Positions 1-8,808 of a stretch of 64,000 nucleotides of DNA are shown piece after piece. A model generated the notes under the pieces. The model was given only the letters and a program-made list of their open reading frames with translations, searched no databases and had not been told where the DNA came from. The stretch's first letter is position 1; the number at the start of each line of letters is the position of its first letter. The stretch comes from an uncultured Candidatus Saccharimonas sp. GTDB taxonomy: Bacteria; Patescibacteriota; Saccharimonadia; Saccharimonadales; AWTP1-31. Position numbers and translations under genes: made by a program. Location of the stretch: assembly GCA_943354005.1 (NCBI GenBank), contig CALRBE010000001.1, forward strand, positions 64,147-128,146. The letters are read 5' to 3'.

Positions 1-72
1 AGGGATCAGATCTTCTTCAATGGGAATAATGGGAAATTGCTCGTTATAATTTAAGGACTCATCTTCACTCAT
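1..72 (-). CDS. hypothetical protein, N-terminal fragment (continues beyond left edge)
   Basis: ATG at 72 on the minus strand, open to position 1 (MSEDESLNYNEQFPIIPIEEDLIP...). It lies 27 nt downstream of the receiver-domain gene. No recognisable motif. Confidence 0.25.
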   Translation of the reverse strand, partial: MSEDESLNYNEQFPIIPIEEDLIP

Positions 73-99
73 AAGGCGGCTCCAGTAATGTAAATCGTC

Positions 100-504
100 T
101 TAGACTGTAAGGTGGTGTTTAATCTTCTCAATAACATCTGAAATAACAACCTGTGATTTGACAAGATAGTCGTCTGCGCCGAGACTCATTGCACGTTCCT
201 TATCACTATCTTGACCTAGTGCCGATAGAACAACTATCTTAACTTTTGCTGTTTCAGGAGTGTTACGCATAATATCTAGGACTTCGAAGCCGCTTATTTT
301 TGGCATCATTATGTCTAAAATAACTAGGTTCGGTTTGTAGTCTATTGCAGATGCAAGTGCGTCTTCTCCATTTGAGACACGCTTAACATCGAATCCTTCG
401 GCCTGAAGCCGCTTTAGGTACACGCTAGCAAGCGCGTCGTCATCTTCTACTAGTAAAATTTTATGTGCGTTTGTTTCTGCGGGGTTTGAGTTTTGTTCAT
501 CCAT
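100..504 (-). CDS. single-domain response regulator (CheY-like receiver)
   Basis: 134 aa. Acidic pocket LLVEDDD, phospho-acceptor context LVILDIMMP, and conserved SA...K (LSALG...DDYLVK). No output domain. Confidence 0.85.
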   Translation of the reverse strand: MDEQNSNPAETNAHKILLVEDDDALASVYLKRLQAEGFDVKRVSNGEDALASAIDYKPNLVILDIMMPKISGFEVLDIMRNTPETAKVKIVVLSALGQDSDKERAMSLGADDYLVKSQVVISDVIEKIKHHLTV

Positions 505-558
505 ATAGCTTATGCTAATAGATTATAGCGTCTATTGCAAGTACTTCATCTAAAAAGC

Positions 559-2181
559 TTACTTTTTTAAACTAGCAATAAAACCTTGGAACATTGGATG
601 AGGTACATTTGGACGTGACAAGAATTCAGGGTGAAATTGACTAGCTATAAAAAATGGATGCTTCACTGCTTCGATCATTTCTACGAGTTTACCATCTGGT
701 GATTTACCAACAGCTTTAATGCCCCAGCTTTCATATTGAGATAAGTAAGCATTGTTTGCTTCATAGCGATGCCTATGTCTCTCAATAATTGAAGTTTTGC
801 CATAAATCTCTGCTGCGGCACTCTTCTTCTCTATTGAACATGGGTAATCTCCAAGTCGCATAGTACCACCAGTATTCTCTTTGCCAGACTGGCCGATCAT
901 AGTGTGGATTACTGGATCGGTTGTGTTTGGCGCAAATTCAGTAGAGTTAGCCTGGGTTACTCCATTATTTCTAGCAGCAGCGATAACTGCGACTTGCATA
1001 CCTAAGCAAAGTCCTAGGTAAGGAACCTTATTAGTAAGTGAATACTGGGCAGCAGCAATCTTGCCTTCAATTCCACGGCTACCGAATCCACCAGGAACAA
1101 CAATGCCGTCAAGATCCTTCAAGGCCTTTGTAGCTAATGTTTTAGTTTTTAGTGACTCTGCATCTACCCAGCTTATTTCTAGACCCACACCCTCGGCCCA
1201 AGAGCCCGCGCGTAATGCTTCAAACACCGACATATAGGTATCTTGGTTATCTAGATATTTCGCAACAACTCCAACGCGATAAGTCTTCTTTGGCGTAGCA
1301 ATAATTGAATCAACAAGCTTCTTCCAGGAATCATGCTTTGGTTTTTTAGCGTTTAGTTTGAGTTTTTTAACAATATATTCGCCGATACCCTGATCTTCAA
1401 GAGTTAAAGGCACTTCATATACAGTTCTCGCGTTTGGTAGTATTGCGATTCCAGCTTCAGGTACACCACAAAAATTACTGAGCTTCGTGCGAGTTTGTCC
1501 ATTTGTTGGAATCTCACTTCGTGCAACAAGGACATTAGGAAGTATTCCCATGCTTCTCAGGTCACGTACTGCATTTTGAGCAGGTTTAGTCTTTATTTCC
1601 TTACTTGTAGATAGATAAGGAAGGTAGACAACTTGTACGTACACGCAATTCTCTATTCCGACGACTGAACCAAGCTCACGAATTGCTTCAAAGAATGCAG
1701 GACTTTCATAATCACCAACAGTTCCTCCGATTTCAACAATATGTACGTCAAAACCTTTTCCGGCAGTAATGACGGCATCCATAATAGCATTCGTAAAATG
1801 GGGTACAACTTGAACAGTTTGGCCAAGAAACTTACCGGCACGCTCATCGTCAATAAGCTGACGCAATATTCTTCCGCTCATCACTGAACTATGACGAGTT
1901 AATTGCGTATTCAGGAAACGCTCATAATGACCAAGGTCTAAATCTGTTTCTGCTCCGTCTTTCGTAACGAAACATTCACCGTGCTCAGCAGGATTCAAAG
2001 TTCCAGCATCAACATTGATATAGGGATCTAGTTTTTGTATATTGACGGAAAGTCCGCGGGCCTTTAATATATTTCCGATTGAGGCGGCTGTTATTCCCTT
2101 CCCTAATCCGGACAATACACCACCCGTAACAAATACATACTTGACTGGCTTGGCCAACGTTTTATCCCTCTCTTTATACAT
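559..2181 (-). CDS. pyrG: CTP synthase
   Basis: 540 aa. N-terminal synthetase domain (VTGGVLSGLGKG) and C-terminal class-I glutamine amidotransferase with the GLCLGMQ nucleophile elbow and an HPEF motif. Confidence 0.95.
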   Translation of the reverse strand: MYKERDKTLAKPVKYVFVTGGVLSGLGKGITAASIGNILKARGLSVNIQKLDPYINVDAGTLNPAEHGECFVTKDGAETDLDLGHYERFLNTQLTRHSSVMSGRILRQLIDDERAGKFLGQTVQVVPHFTNAIMDAVITAGKGFDVHIVEIGGTVGDYESPAFFEAIRELGSVVGIENCVYVQVVYLPYLSTSKEIKTKPAQNAVRDLRSMGILPNVLVARSEIPTNGQTRTKLSNFCGVPEAGIAILPNARTVYEVPLTLEDQGIGEYIVKKLKLNAKKPKHDSWKKLVDSIIATPKKTYRVGVVAKYLDNQDTYMSVFEALRAGSWAEGVGLEISWVDAESLKTKTLATKALKDLDGIVVPGGFGSRGIEGKIAAAQYSLTNKVPYLGLCLGMQVAVIAAARNNGVTQANSTEFAPNTTDPVIHTMIGQSGKENTGGTMRLGDYPCSIEKKSAAAEIYGKTSIIERHRHRYEANNAYLSQYESWGIKAVGKSPDGKLVEMIEAVKHPFFIASQFHPEFLSRPNVPHPMFQGFIASLKK

Positions 2182-2250
2182 ATGATATTACCAGAATACG
2201 AGAGATCTTTAAAGCTCTATACGCAAAGTACAACAGATTATGATGCAACC

Positions 2251-3444
2251 TTACTGTGCTATAGCCGCATCAAGCTGAGGATCGCGACCAGCCTTTATGT
2301 CTTCTTTTGAAATCTCTACCTTCTTATCGGGCTGAATACCTTGTTTATCGATATTTTTACCGTTTGGTGTAAACCAGCGAGCAATAGTAACTTTTAGTAT
2401 TCCCCCGTTATCAAGGTTTTGTGGTTGTTGAACACTACCCTTACCGAAACTTTTAACTCCAATTAGTGTTGCAGCGTTATTGTCGCGCAATGCACCTGCC
2501 GTAATTTCACTTGCGCTGGCACTACCCTCATCGATTAATACAACTGTAGGTATTCCTAGGAGCGGTGAGCTTCCACGAGTCTTGTAAGTCTTAATGGTGA
2601 CACCATCGCGCCGTTCAGTAAGTACTGTCTTATCCTGCATCCAAAGACTTGAGACGTCGACTGAGGCGTCAAGGTAGCCGCCAGGGTTGCCTCGTAGATC
2701 AAGAATGACTCTCTTTACACCATCGGCTTTAAATTGCTCTGCGGCCTTACGTGCAAGCTCGGCAGTATCATCACCAAAGCGGATTATCTTCATATATCCA
2801 ATATTACCGTTAATTACTTTTGACTCGACGCTAGGAATGTTTATTTCTTCTCTCACAATATCAAATGATAGGTCTTCTTTTGCATCACGAATAACTCGAA
2901 GTTTAACGGTTGTCCCTTTTGGTCCTCGTATCTTATCAACTGCTTGATCGACTGAATATGCAGTTGAGTCTTTACCGTCGATCTCAACAATGACATCTCT
3001 TGGCTGTAAGCCAGCTTTTTTAGCAGGAAAACCGTCTACTGGAGATATAACAATAACGTTGCCCTGTTCGTTCTTTCCGAGATAAGCTCCAATACCCTCA
3101 AATGTACCATTTAGCTGACCGCTAAACTCCTCTGCTTCTGCAGGAGGAAGATACTCAGTATATGGATCACCGCTTGCAGCAACTAGACCCTTCTTTAGTC
3201 CATCCATCAGTTTATTAACGTCTAAGTCACCATCATATTTTGATCGTAGCTCGTCATAGACTCGTTCAACTTCAGCGTAGTTAAGATTGCTGGGAATATC
3301 TTTTTGAGTAGATGCCCTATTAGATCTGAAGTTCATCTGCCCAGAACCTAGCAACCAACCACCCATAAAAATTAGAACTACAATAATTACTTTTTTCGAT
3401 TTAGATAATTCAGTCTTTGGTTTATTTGTCTTAAATTCCTTCAC
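2251..3444 (-). CDS. carboxy-terminal processing protease (S41 family, PDZ-containing)
   Basis: 397 aa. N-terminal TM segment, PDZ segment (LQPRDVIVEIDGK), and S41 catalytic region (DEGSASASEI ... KGSVQ). Confidence 0.9.
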   Translation of the reverse strand: MKEFKTNKPKTELSKSKKVIIVVLIFMGGWLLGSGQMNFRSNRASTQKDIPSNLNYAEVERVYDELRSKYDGDLDVNKLMDGLKKGLVAASGDPYTEYLPPAEAEEFSGQLNGTFEGIGAYLGKNEQGNVIVISPVDGFPAKKAGLQPRDVIVEIDGKDSTAYSVDQAVDKIRGPKGTTVKLRVIRDAKEDLSFDIVREEINIPSVESKVINGNIGYMKIIRFGDDTAELARKAAEQFKADGVKRVILDLRGNPGGYLDASVDVSSLWMQDKTVLTERRDGVTIKTYKTRGSSPLLGIPTVVLIDEGSASASEITAGALRDNNAATLIGVKSFGKGSVQQPQNLDNGGILKVTIARWFTPNGKNIDKQGIQPDKKVEISKEDIKAGRDPQLDAAIAQ

Positions 3445-3518
3445 AGATACTCCTTAAATTGCATCACTTCTTATTATACTCCTCTACTGCCGCTACATAT
3501 CATTTGAATTTTAAATGT

Positions 3519-4673
3519 CTAATAACGACGTGTCTGAGTCGAGAGCTGACCTGTCAAATATGTATTGTACTCTGTGGTGTTAAAAGTACCATCCCCCACG
3601 GATTCTACATACATTGCATGACCCCAATATCCGCTAGTACTAATGGCTACGTCTCCTGGTTGCGGGGATCGTGATACAGTTACGCCCCTAGCGTATGCTG
3701 CGGCAACCCAATCTCTAGCATTACCATAGTACATTGGAGCTGAACGGCCTGAGGCTTCGACAGCCCAAGCTGTATATGATACACATTGTCGAGTGCAGTA
3801 TCCCCAACGGTCTGGTCCATCGTTATCAACACAGCCAGGTCCTGGACTCATGCCAAAGCCGGCATTGCGGTACGGATAATCATTCGGGTTTACTCCACGT
3901 GCATAACCTGGGAATCTTAAGAAGTAATAACCACCATCTGGATTGAAGTTTGCTCGGCGTTGAGATGCAATGAGGGAATCAATCTTAGACTGATTATCTT
4001 TAGTGCGTGAGTTAAAGTCATTTTGCTGACTTTGATTATAATTTAGCAAGTTTGACTGTTCGCTTCTACTATTATCAAGCGTAGCTTGTTGTGCCTGCTG
4101 TTCTTTGAGGAGTGCTTCAACTCCCTCTTTCTTGGCAACTAGTTCCTGTTTAAGCTGAGTAATCTTATCTACTGATTCTTTAATCTTATCCTTTACTGAG
4201 TTTCGGTACTGAGCTTTGTCTACATACTCACTAAGGTCCTTGCTTGATGCGAGCATCTCTATTGTTGAAATATCGCCTTCGAGATACATAGCTTTGATAT
4301 TTTTTCCAAGCAATGTCTTTTGTTTTGTAAGCTCTTTTTCGGCTTCTGTAATTTCGTTTTGAAGGCGCTCTTGCTCTTTAGTGCTGTTATTAATTTGTCC
4401 TTGTAAGGTATCTATTTGTGCTTTGAGTTTATTTATTGCGTCCGCATAACTAGTAGCTTCACTCGCAAGACGTGTAATAGCGTCCTGGAACTGACCATTC
4501 TCCTGCTGTAATGCATTAATCTTTTCCTGTACTGATTCTGCCCGTGCTTCTTGTACCCGCGGGATTATAGCAAACATCAAAATGAATATCGCAGCTACCA
4601 GTCCTACTGATCCGAATATCTTTTTTGATTTAGTTTTCAGTATATTTATTTTTTTCATCAATATACATATCAT
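3519..4673 (-). CDS. PcsB-like secreted peptidoglycan hydrolase (coiled coil plus C-terminal CHAP domain)
   Basis: N-terminal TM/signal, about 200 aa heptad-rich Q/E/K coiled coil, and a C-terminal CHAP domain with catalytic Cys (CTRQCVSYTAW) and His (YWGHAMYVESV). The more likely start is the internal MKKINILK at 4658. Confidence 0.8.
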   Translation of the reverse strand: MICILMKKINILKTKSKKIFGSVGLVAAIFILMFAIIPRVQEARAESVQEKINALQQENGQFQDAITRLASEATSYADAINKLKAQIDTLQGQINNSTKEQERLQNEITEAEKELTKQKTLLGKNIKAMYLEGDISTIEMLASSKDLSEYVDKAQYRNSVKDKIKESVDKITQLKQELVAKKEGVEALLKEQQAQQATLDNSRSEQSNLLNYNQSQQNDFNSRTKDNQSKIDSLIASQRRANFNPDGGYYFLRFPGYARGVNPNDYPYRNAGFGMSPGPGCVDNDGPDRWGYCTRQCVSYTAWAVEASGRSAPMYYGNARDWVAAAYARGVTVSRSPQPGDVAISTSGYWGHAMYVESVGDGTFNTTEYNTYLTGQLSTQTRRY

Positions 4674-4721
4674 ACCATGAAGTTTGCGGTATTGTACAGA
4701 TGCATAAGCACTTTAAGAATA

Positions 4722-5672
4722 CTATTTGCTTGACTTAAATTTGAGGTATCTTCGAGTTGCGATAAGTGAAGATATCGCACCGATTAAGACACCTACTACG
4801 AGCTGCAGGCCAAGGAATGCAAAGAAATGATCTTTAAAGTACGTATCTGAATAATCAATATCTAGTATTCCTAAGCTGCTTGCATCAAGGGTACGGGCCG
4901 ATATTGTGAATAATGCTTTAATTATAATAATTGACAAGACACCTGACACAAGACCATACAGAATACTTTCAACTATAAACGGCCCTCTAATAAAGTTGGT
5001 ACTTGCTCCTAATAGTCGCATAATTGTTAGCTCATCTCTTCGATTGAAAATTGCCATTTGTATTGTGTTAAAGATAATTAACATTGAAATAATTGCGAAA
5101 ATGATTATTCCGGCAATCCCAGCTTGCCTAAAGAAGTTCGTAGCACTCGTAATTTTATCAATAGCTTGCTTTCTATCACCAGAGTAAGATGTTTCATCTG
5201 ACTGCAGGGCTTTAATGTCCCCCTTTTCAAGATACGTTCGTATTTCTTCAATACGATTTGGGTCACGAGGCTTGATCTGTAGGCTTGCTGGTAGCGGATT
5301 ATCAGTCTGAGATATTGCGGTTAGTAGATCTGAGTTGCCAGCATTCTGTTGCTTATAAATAACAAGAGCTTGGTCCTTGCTAATATAAGTAACCCCTTCA
5401 ACATTTTCAAGACCTTTCAAATTATTAATTAATTCATCGCGCTGTTTATTTGTAACCGAATCATTAAGATAGACAGAGACATCAATTCGGTCAGTTATTT
5501 GCTGTATCGTATTTGCAAAAGTTGCGTTCGCAATAATTGAAAAAAGGATAATAGTCAGTGTGATGACCATTACTGCCATAGCTGCAATACCAAGCCATGC
5601 ATTTCTAACAAAGTTTATAAAACCTGTCTTAACTATACGTTTAAATACAACTGTGTTTTGCTTGACACTCAT
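4722..5672 (-). CDS. ftsX: cell division protein FtsX (ABC-permease-like)
   Basis: 316 aa. One N-terminal TM, a large extracytoplasmic domain, then three C-terminal TMs. 4-nt overlap with ftsE. Confidence 0.9.
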   Translation of the reverse strand: MSVKQNTVVFKRIVKTGFINFVRNAWLGIAAMAVMVITLTIILFSIIANATFANTIQQITDRIDVSVYLNDSVTNKQRDELINNLKGLENVEGVTYISKDQALVIYKQQNAGNSDLLTAISQTDNPLPASLQIKPRDPNRIEEIRTYLEKGDIKALQSDETSYSGDRKQAIDKITSATNFFRQAGIAGIIIFAIISMLIIFNTIQMAIFNRRDELTIMRLLGASTNFIRGPFIVESILYGLVSGVLSIIIIKALFTISARTLDASSLGILDIDYSDTYFKDHFFAFLGLQLVVGVLIGAISSLIATRRYLKFKSSK

Positions 5673-6349
5673 CCCTTGTACGCCGCTCCCGCCCGATCGC
5701 TAACAATACTTCCTGCTTCCATAGTAATGACTCGTCGCTTTAATTTATTTACAATTTCCTGGTTGTGGGTTGTGAGTATCACGGTTGTTCCAAATTTATT
5801 TATCTTTTCAAGAACCCTAATAACATCCCAAGCATGCTTTGGATCAAGATTTCCTGTTGGCTCATCAGCAATTAGTATGCGAGGTTGACGGACAATCGCC
5901 CTAGCAATTGCAACTCGTTGACGTTCACCACCAGAAAGTTCTTCAGGCATTCTTTTTTCTTTACCTTTTAATCCGACAATATCAAGCACACGTGGTACTG
6001 TGTTTTCTATTTCTTTATTGCCCATTCCAACTATTTCGAGAGCAAATGCCACGTTTTCAAATACAGTCTTATTTGGTAACAATTTAAAATCCTGGAAGAC
6101 TACACCTATTTTACGGCGCAGTAATGGTATTTCTTTATCTTTCAAAGTTTCGTAATCAATGCCGCCAACGATTATTTTTCCAGATGTAGGCTTTTCTTCT
6201 CGAGTAAGTAGCTTCAGTAGTGTTGACTTACCTGCTCCACTAGGACCTATGATAATAACGAATTCCTTGGGTTCAACATGTAGACTGATACGCTCTAGGG
6301 CTTGGCCGTTTTTATTATAAGTTTTTGTTACTCGATCTAATAGAATCAT
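5669..6349 (-). CDS. ftsE: cell division ATP-binding protein FtsE
   Basis: 226 aa. Walker A GPSGAGKST, ABC signature LSGGERQR, Walker B ILIADEPT. Immediately upstream of ftsX. Confidence 0.92.
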   Translation of the reverse strand: MILLDRVTKTYNKNGQALERISLHVEPKEFVIIIGPSGAGKSTLLKLLTREEKPTSGKIIVGGIDYETLKDKEIPLLRRKIGVVFQDFKLLPNKTVFENVAFALEIVGMGNKEIENTVPRVLDIVGLKGKEKRMPEELSGGERQRVAIARAIVRQPRILIADEPTGNLDPKHAWDVIRVLEKINKFGTTVILTTHNQEIVNKLKRRVITMEAGSIVSDRAGAAYKG

Positions 6350-6399
6350 ATGCTACACAGTATAGCAAAATGCTCACGCTTATTCACGTAAATAACTTA

Positions 6400-7485
6400 T
6401 TATTCGCCAAAAGTAGTTTCTAGGTAGGCGTCTATCAAAGGGTTGAGATTGCCATCTAGTACACTGTCGACATCGCTAGTTTCGTATCTACTTCTAAGAT
6501 CTTTGACTTGTTTATATGGATGAAGGACGTAGCTGCGTATTTGATTTCCCCACTCGGCAGAAGTATTAGGTCCTTTCAATTCGCTTAAATGCTCTTTATG
6601 CTGTTCTAATTGAAGCATGGCGAGTCTTGAGCGGAGTATTGTCATTGCAGTTTCTCTGTTTTGTAATTGTGAACGCTCATTCTGAATAGAAACAGTCACT
6701 CCAGTAGGAACATGGGTAACTCTAACAGCCGAATCAGTAGTATTAACGCTTTGTCCTCCATGGCCACCGGCTCTATAGACGTCAACCTTTAGTTCTTTAG
6801 GGTCTATTTCTAGATCGGAAGGTGTATCGATTTCAGGCATTACTTCAACTTTTGCAAAGCTAGTCTGTCTTAGGCTGTCAGAGTTAAAGGGACTCAGCCG
6901 AACGAGTCGGTGCACTCCGGCTTCTGAAGACAATTTACCATAGGCAAACGGACCAACAACTTCAAAAGTAGCACGCTTTAAGCCTGCCTCTTCTCCGGCA
7001 GCCTCTTCAATGAGTGTTACCGCGTAATTATCTTTTTCGGCCCACCTTAGGTACATACGGAGAAGCATTGACGTCCAGTCTTGGGCGTCAGTTCCGCCTG
7101 CCCCAGCTGATAATGTAACGACCGCATTATGGTTATCATATTTACCACTAAAACGGAGGTTTGATTTTAAGCTATTAAATAGTTCTTCGAGTTTTGTAGT
7201 CTGCACTTTAAGATCATCTGCTAGTGCATTGTCATTTAGGGCTAGCATATCGGATACATCGCTTATCTCTTTACCGAGTTGAATCCAAGGATCCGCCAGG
7301 GCCTTTAATGAAGCCTGTTTCTTCATAGTATCTTGCGCTGCTCGATTATCTGACCAAAAATCAGAGGCTGCAATTTGTTCATCGAGCTTTTCAATTTCTT
7401 TTACTGACTGCTCTATGTTCAATTTTTTAAACGCATTATCATACTGCGTTTGAAGTTGACTGATCTTCTTAACTATTTCTTCCAC
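6400..7485 (-). CDS. prfB: peptide chain release factor 2
   Basis: 361 aa. SPF tripeptide (RLSPFNS) and GGQ motif ([16 protein letters not shown]). Full length in a single frame. Confidence 0.95.
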   Translation of the reverse strand: MEEIVKKISQLQTQYDNAFKKLNIEQSVKEIEKLDEQIAASDFWSDNRAAQDTMKKQASLKALADPWIQLGKEISDVSDMLALNDNALADDLKVQTTKLEELFNSLKSNLRFSGKYDNHNAVVTLSAGAGGTDAQDWTSMLLRMYLRWAEKDNYAVTLIEEAAGEEAGLKRATFEVVGPFAYGKLSSEAGVHRLVRLSPFNSDSLRQTSFAKVEVMPEIDTPSDLEIDPKELKVDVYRAGGHGGQSVNTTDSAVRVTHVPTGVTVSIQNERSQLQNRETAMTILRSRLAMLQLEQHKEHLSELKGPNTSAEWGNQIRSYVLHPYKQVKDLRSRYETSDVDSVLDGNLNPLIDAYLETTFGE

Positions 7486-8762
7486 AATGGTGCTACCTTA
7501 TTTTGTAAATCACTCAAGAACTCTTCACTAGCATTTCCTAATGTTCCAATGCCCCAGATATTTTCAGAAAACAGTAGCTTACTGGTCTCAACTATTCCCT
7601 GTTTTGTTATAGCGGCTATACGTTCAGGCTCAGCGTAATAGTCATAAACAATTCCATCAAAGAAATACCTATAGCTATATCCATTGGCAGTGCCTGAAAC
7701 GGTTTGACCACTTCTCTGGTAGCGTCCTAATGCGTATTGCTTCGCAGCTTTAATATCTTCTGCTGAAATCTTGCCGGCAAACACTTGAGATAGCTCATGA
7801 ACCATAATGTCAAAAAGAGCTGGAGCATTTTGTGGCATGACTTGTGCACCGAACCACCAGTTACCACTATGCTCAGCTCGACTTACTCCACTGCTCATAC
7901 CGTATACTAAGCCTTTTTCACGAGCCGTTCCAAGGATCCTTGAATAGAGAGTTTCCGTAAGCATACTGTTGATTAGAGAGAGGTTATCATATTGGGCATC
8001 GTTAAGCTTTTGGTTCACAAAAGTATCCATGTAGAAATACAGGTTATCGACGGTTTCATTTTGGATATGCAGCGGTTGCTTAACAGCTCTAGGTGTCTCT
8101 TCGGGAAGATCAAAACGCCCTGTGCCTTTTGGTAGTTCAATTGACTCGAGCAATTTTGTAATAATATTTTTTCTACTTGCATTGATGTTACCGGCAATTA
8201 CAAATCGCATATTACTGCTTGTATGTGTTTTTTTATAGTGTTTGGTTATGTCGTCTAGTGTTACGTTACCCATTAACTTCAATCGTTCTTGATCTGTCTT
8301 AGCGTAGTATCCGTATTGTTCACGTAAAGCCAGGTTGAGGTGTCTAAAATGATTATTGCTTCGTGCAGTAAGCTCTTCTCTGACGTTACCAAACTCTGCA
8401 GCAAATTCCTCTGCTAGGAACAGAGGCTTTGTTATCGCAGTTAATAGTAGTCCGAAAACTCGGTCCCATTCAAAATCAGCACATTCTGCTTCGTAGATTA
8501 TGTCGTAGCTACCAGTTGAGGCATTAGAATAAGCTCCATTCTTTTCAAACTCAGCCTGAAAAGCTCTTGCCTTTGGAATAAGCTCATTTGCTCCAAGTAG
8601 CATATGTTCCATTATGTGGGCTGTTTCCCATTTTTCTGAAGTAACAAGATATTCTCCTGCTCTAAAGTTGCATTCGAATGTCATGACGCTCGCATCAGGA
8701 ACGTGAATAAGTAGCCCGGCGGTACCATTTTCTAATTTTATTTCTGTGACTGTATGTTTCAT
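7473..8762 (-). CDS. M16 family (pitrilysin/insulinase-like) zinc peptidase
   Basis: 429 aa. Inverted zinc motif HxxEH (AHIMEHMLLG) near the N-terminus and the two-lobed M16 length. Confidence 0.85.
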   Translation of the reverse strand: MKHTVTEIKLENGTAGLLIHVPDASVMTFECNFRAGEYLVTSEKWETAHIMEHMLLGANELIPKARAFQAEFEKNGAYSNASTGSYDIIYEAECADFEWDRVFGLLLTAITKPLFLAEEFAAEFGNVREELTARSNNHFRHLNLALREQYGYYAKTDQERLKLMGNVTLDDITKHYKKTHTSSNMRFVIAGNINASRKNIITKLLESIELPKGTGRFDLPEETPRAVKQPLHIQNETVDNLYFYMDTFVNQKLNDAQYDNLSLINSMLTETLYSRILGTAREKGLVYGMSSGVSRAEHSGNWWFGAQVMPQNAPALFDIMVHELSQVFAGKISAEDIKAAKQYALGRYQRSGQTVSGTANGYSYRYFFDGIVYDYYAEPERIAAITKQGIVETSKLLFSENIWGIGTLGNASEEFLSDLQNKVAPLWKK

Positions 8763-8808
8763 CTTGTGTTTGTATTTATGATTACGCCTCTACTTCTGAG
8801 GCCGCAAT

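Noticed and set aside
6400-7485. Looked for the programmed +1 frameshift (in-frame TGA near codon 25) typical of prfB
   Set aside because: The RF2 reading frame is continuous from its ATG, with a normal N-terminus. There is no frameshift site here. Absence is common in many bacteria and not remarkable.
7473-7485. 13-nt overlap between the M16 peptidase stop and the prfB start as a possible annotation error or frameshift
   Set aside because: Both ORFs are full length with intact motifs. Short overlaps are frequent throughout this window (ftsE/ftsX, rsmE/rlmD, hpf/serS, adk/yqeY).
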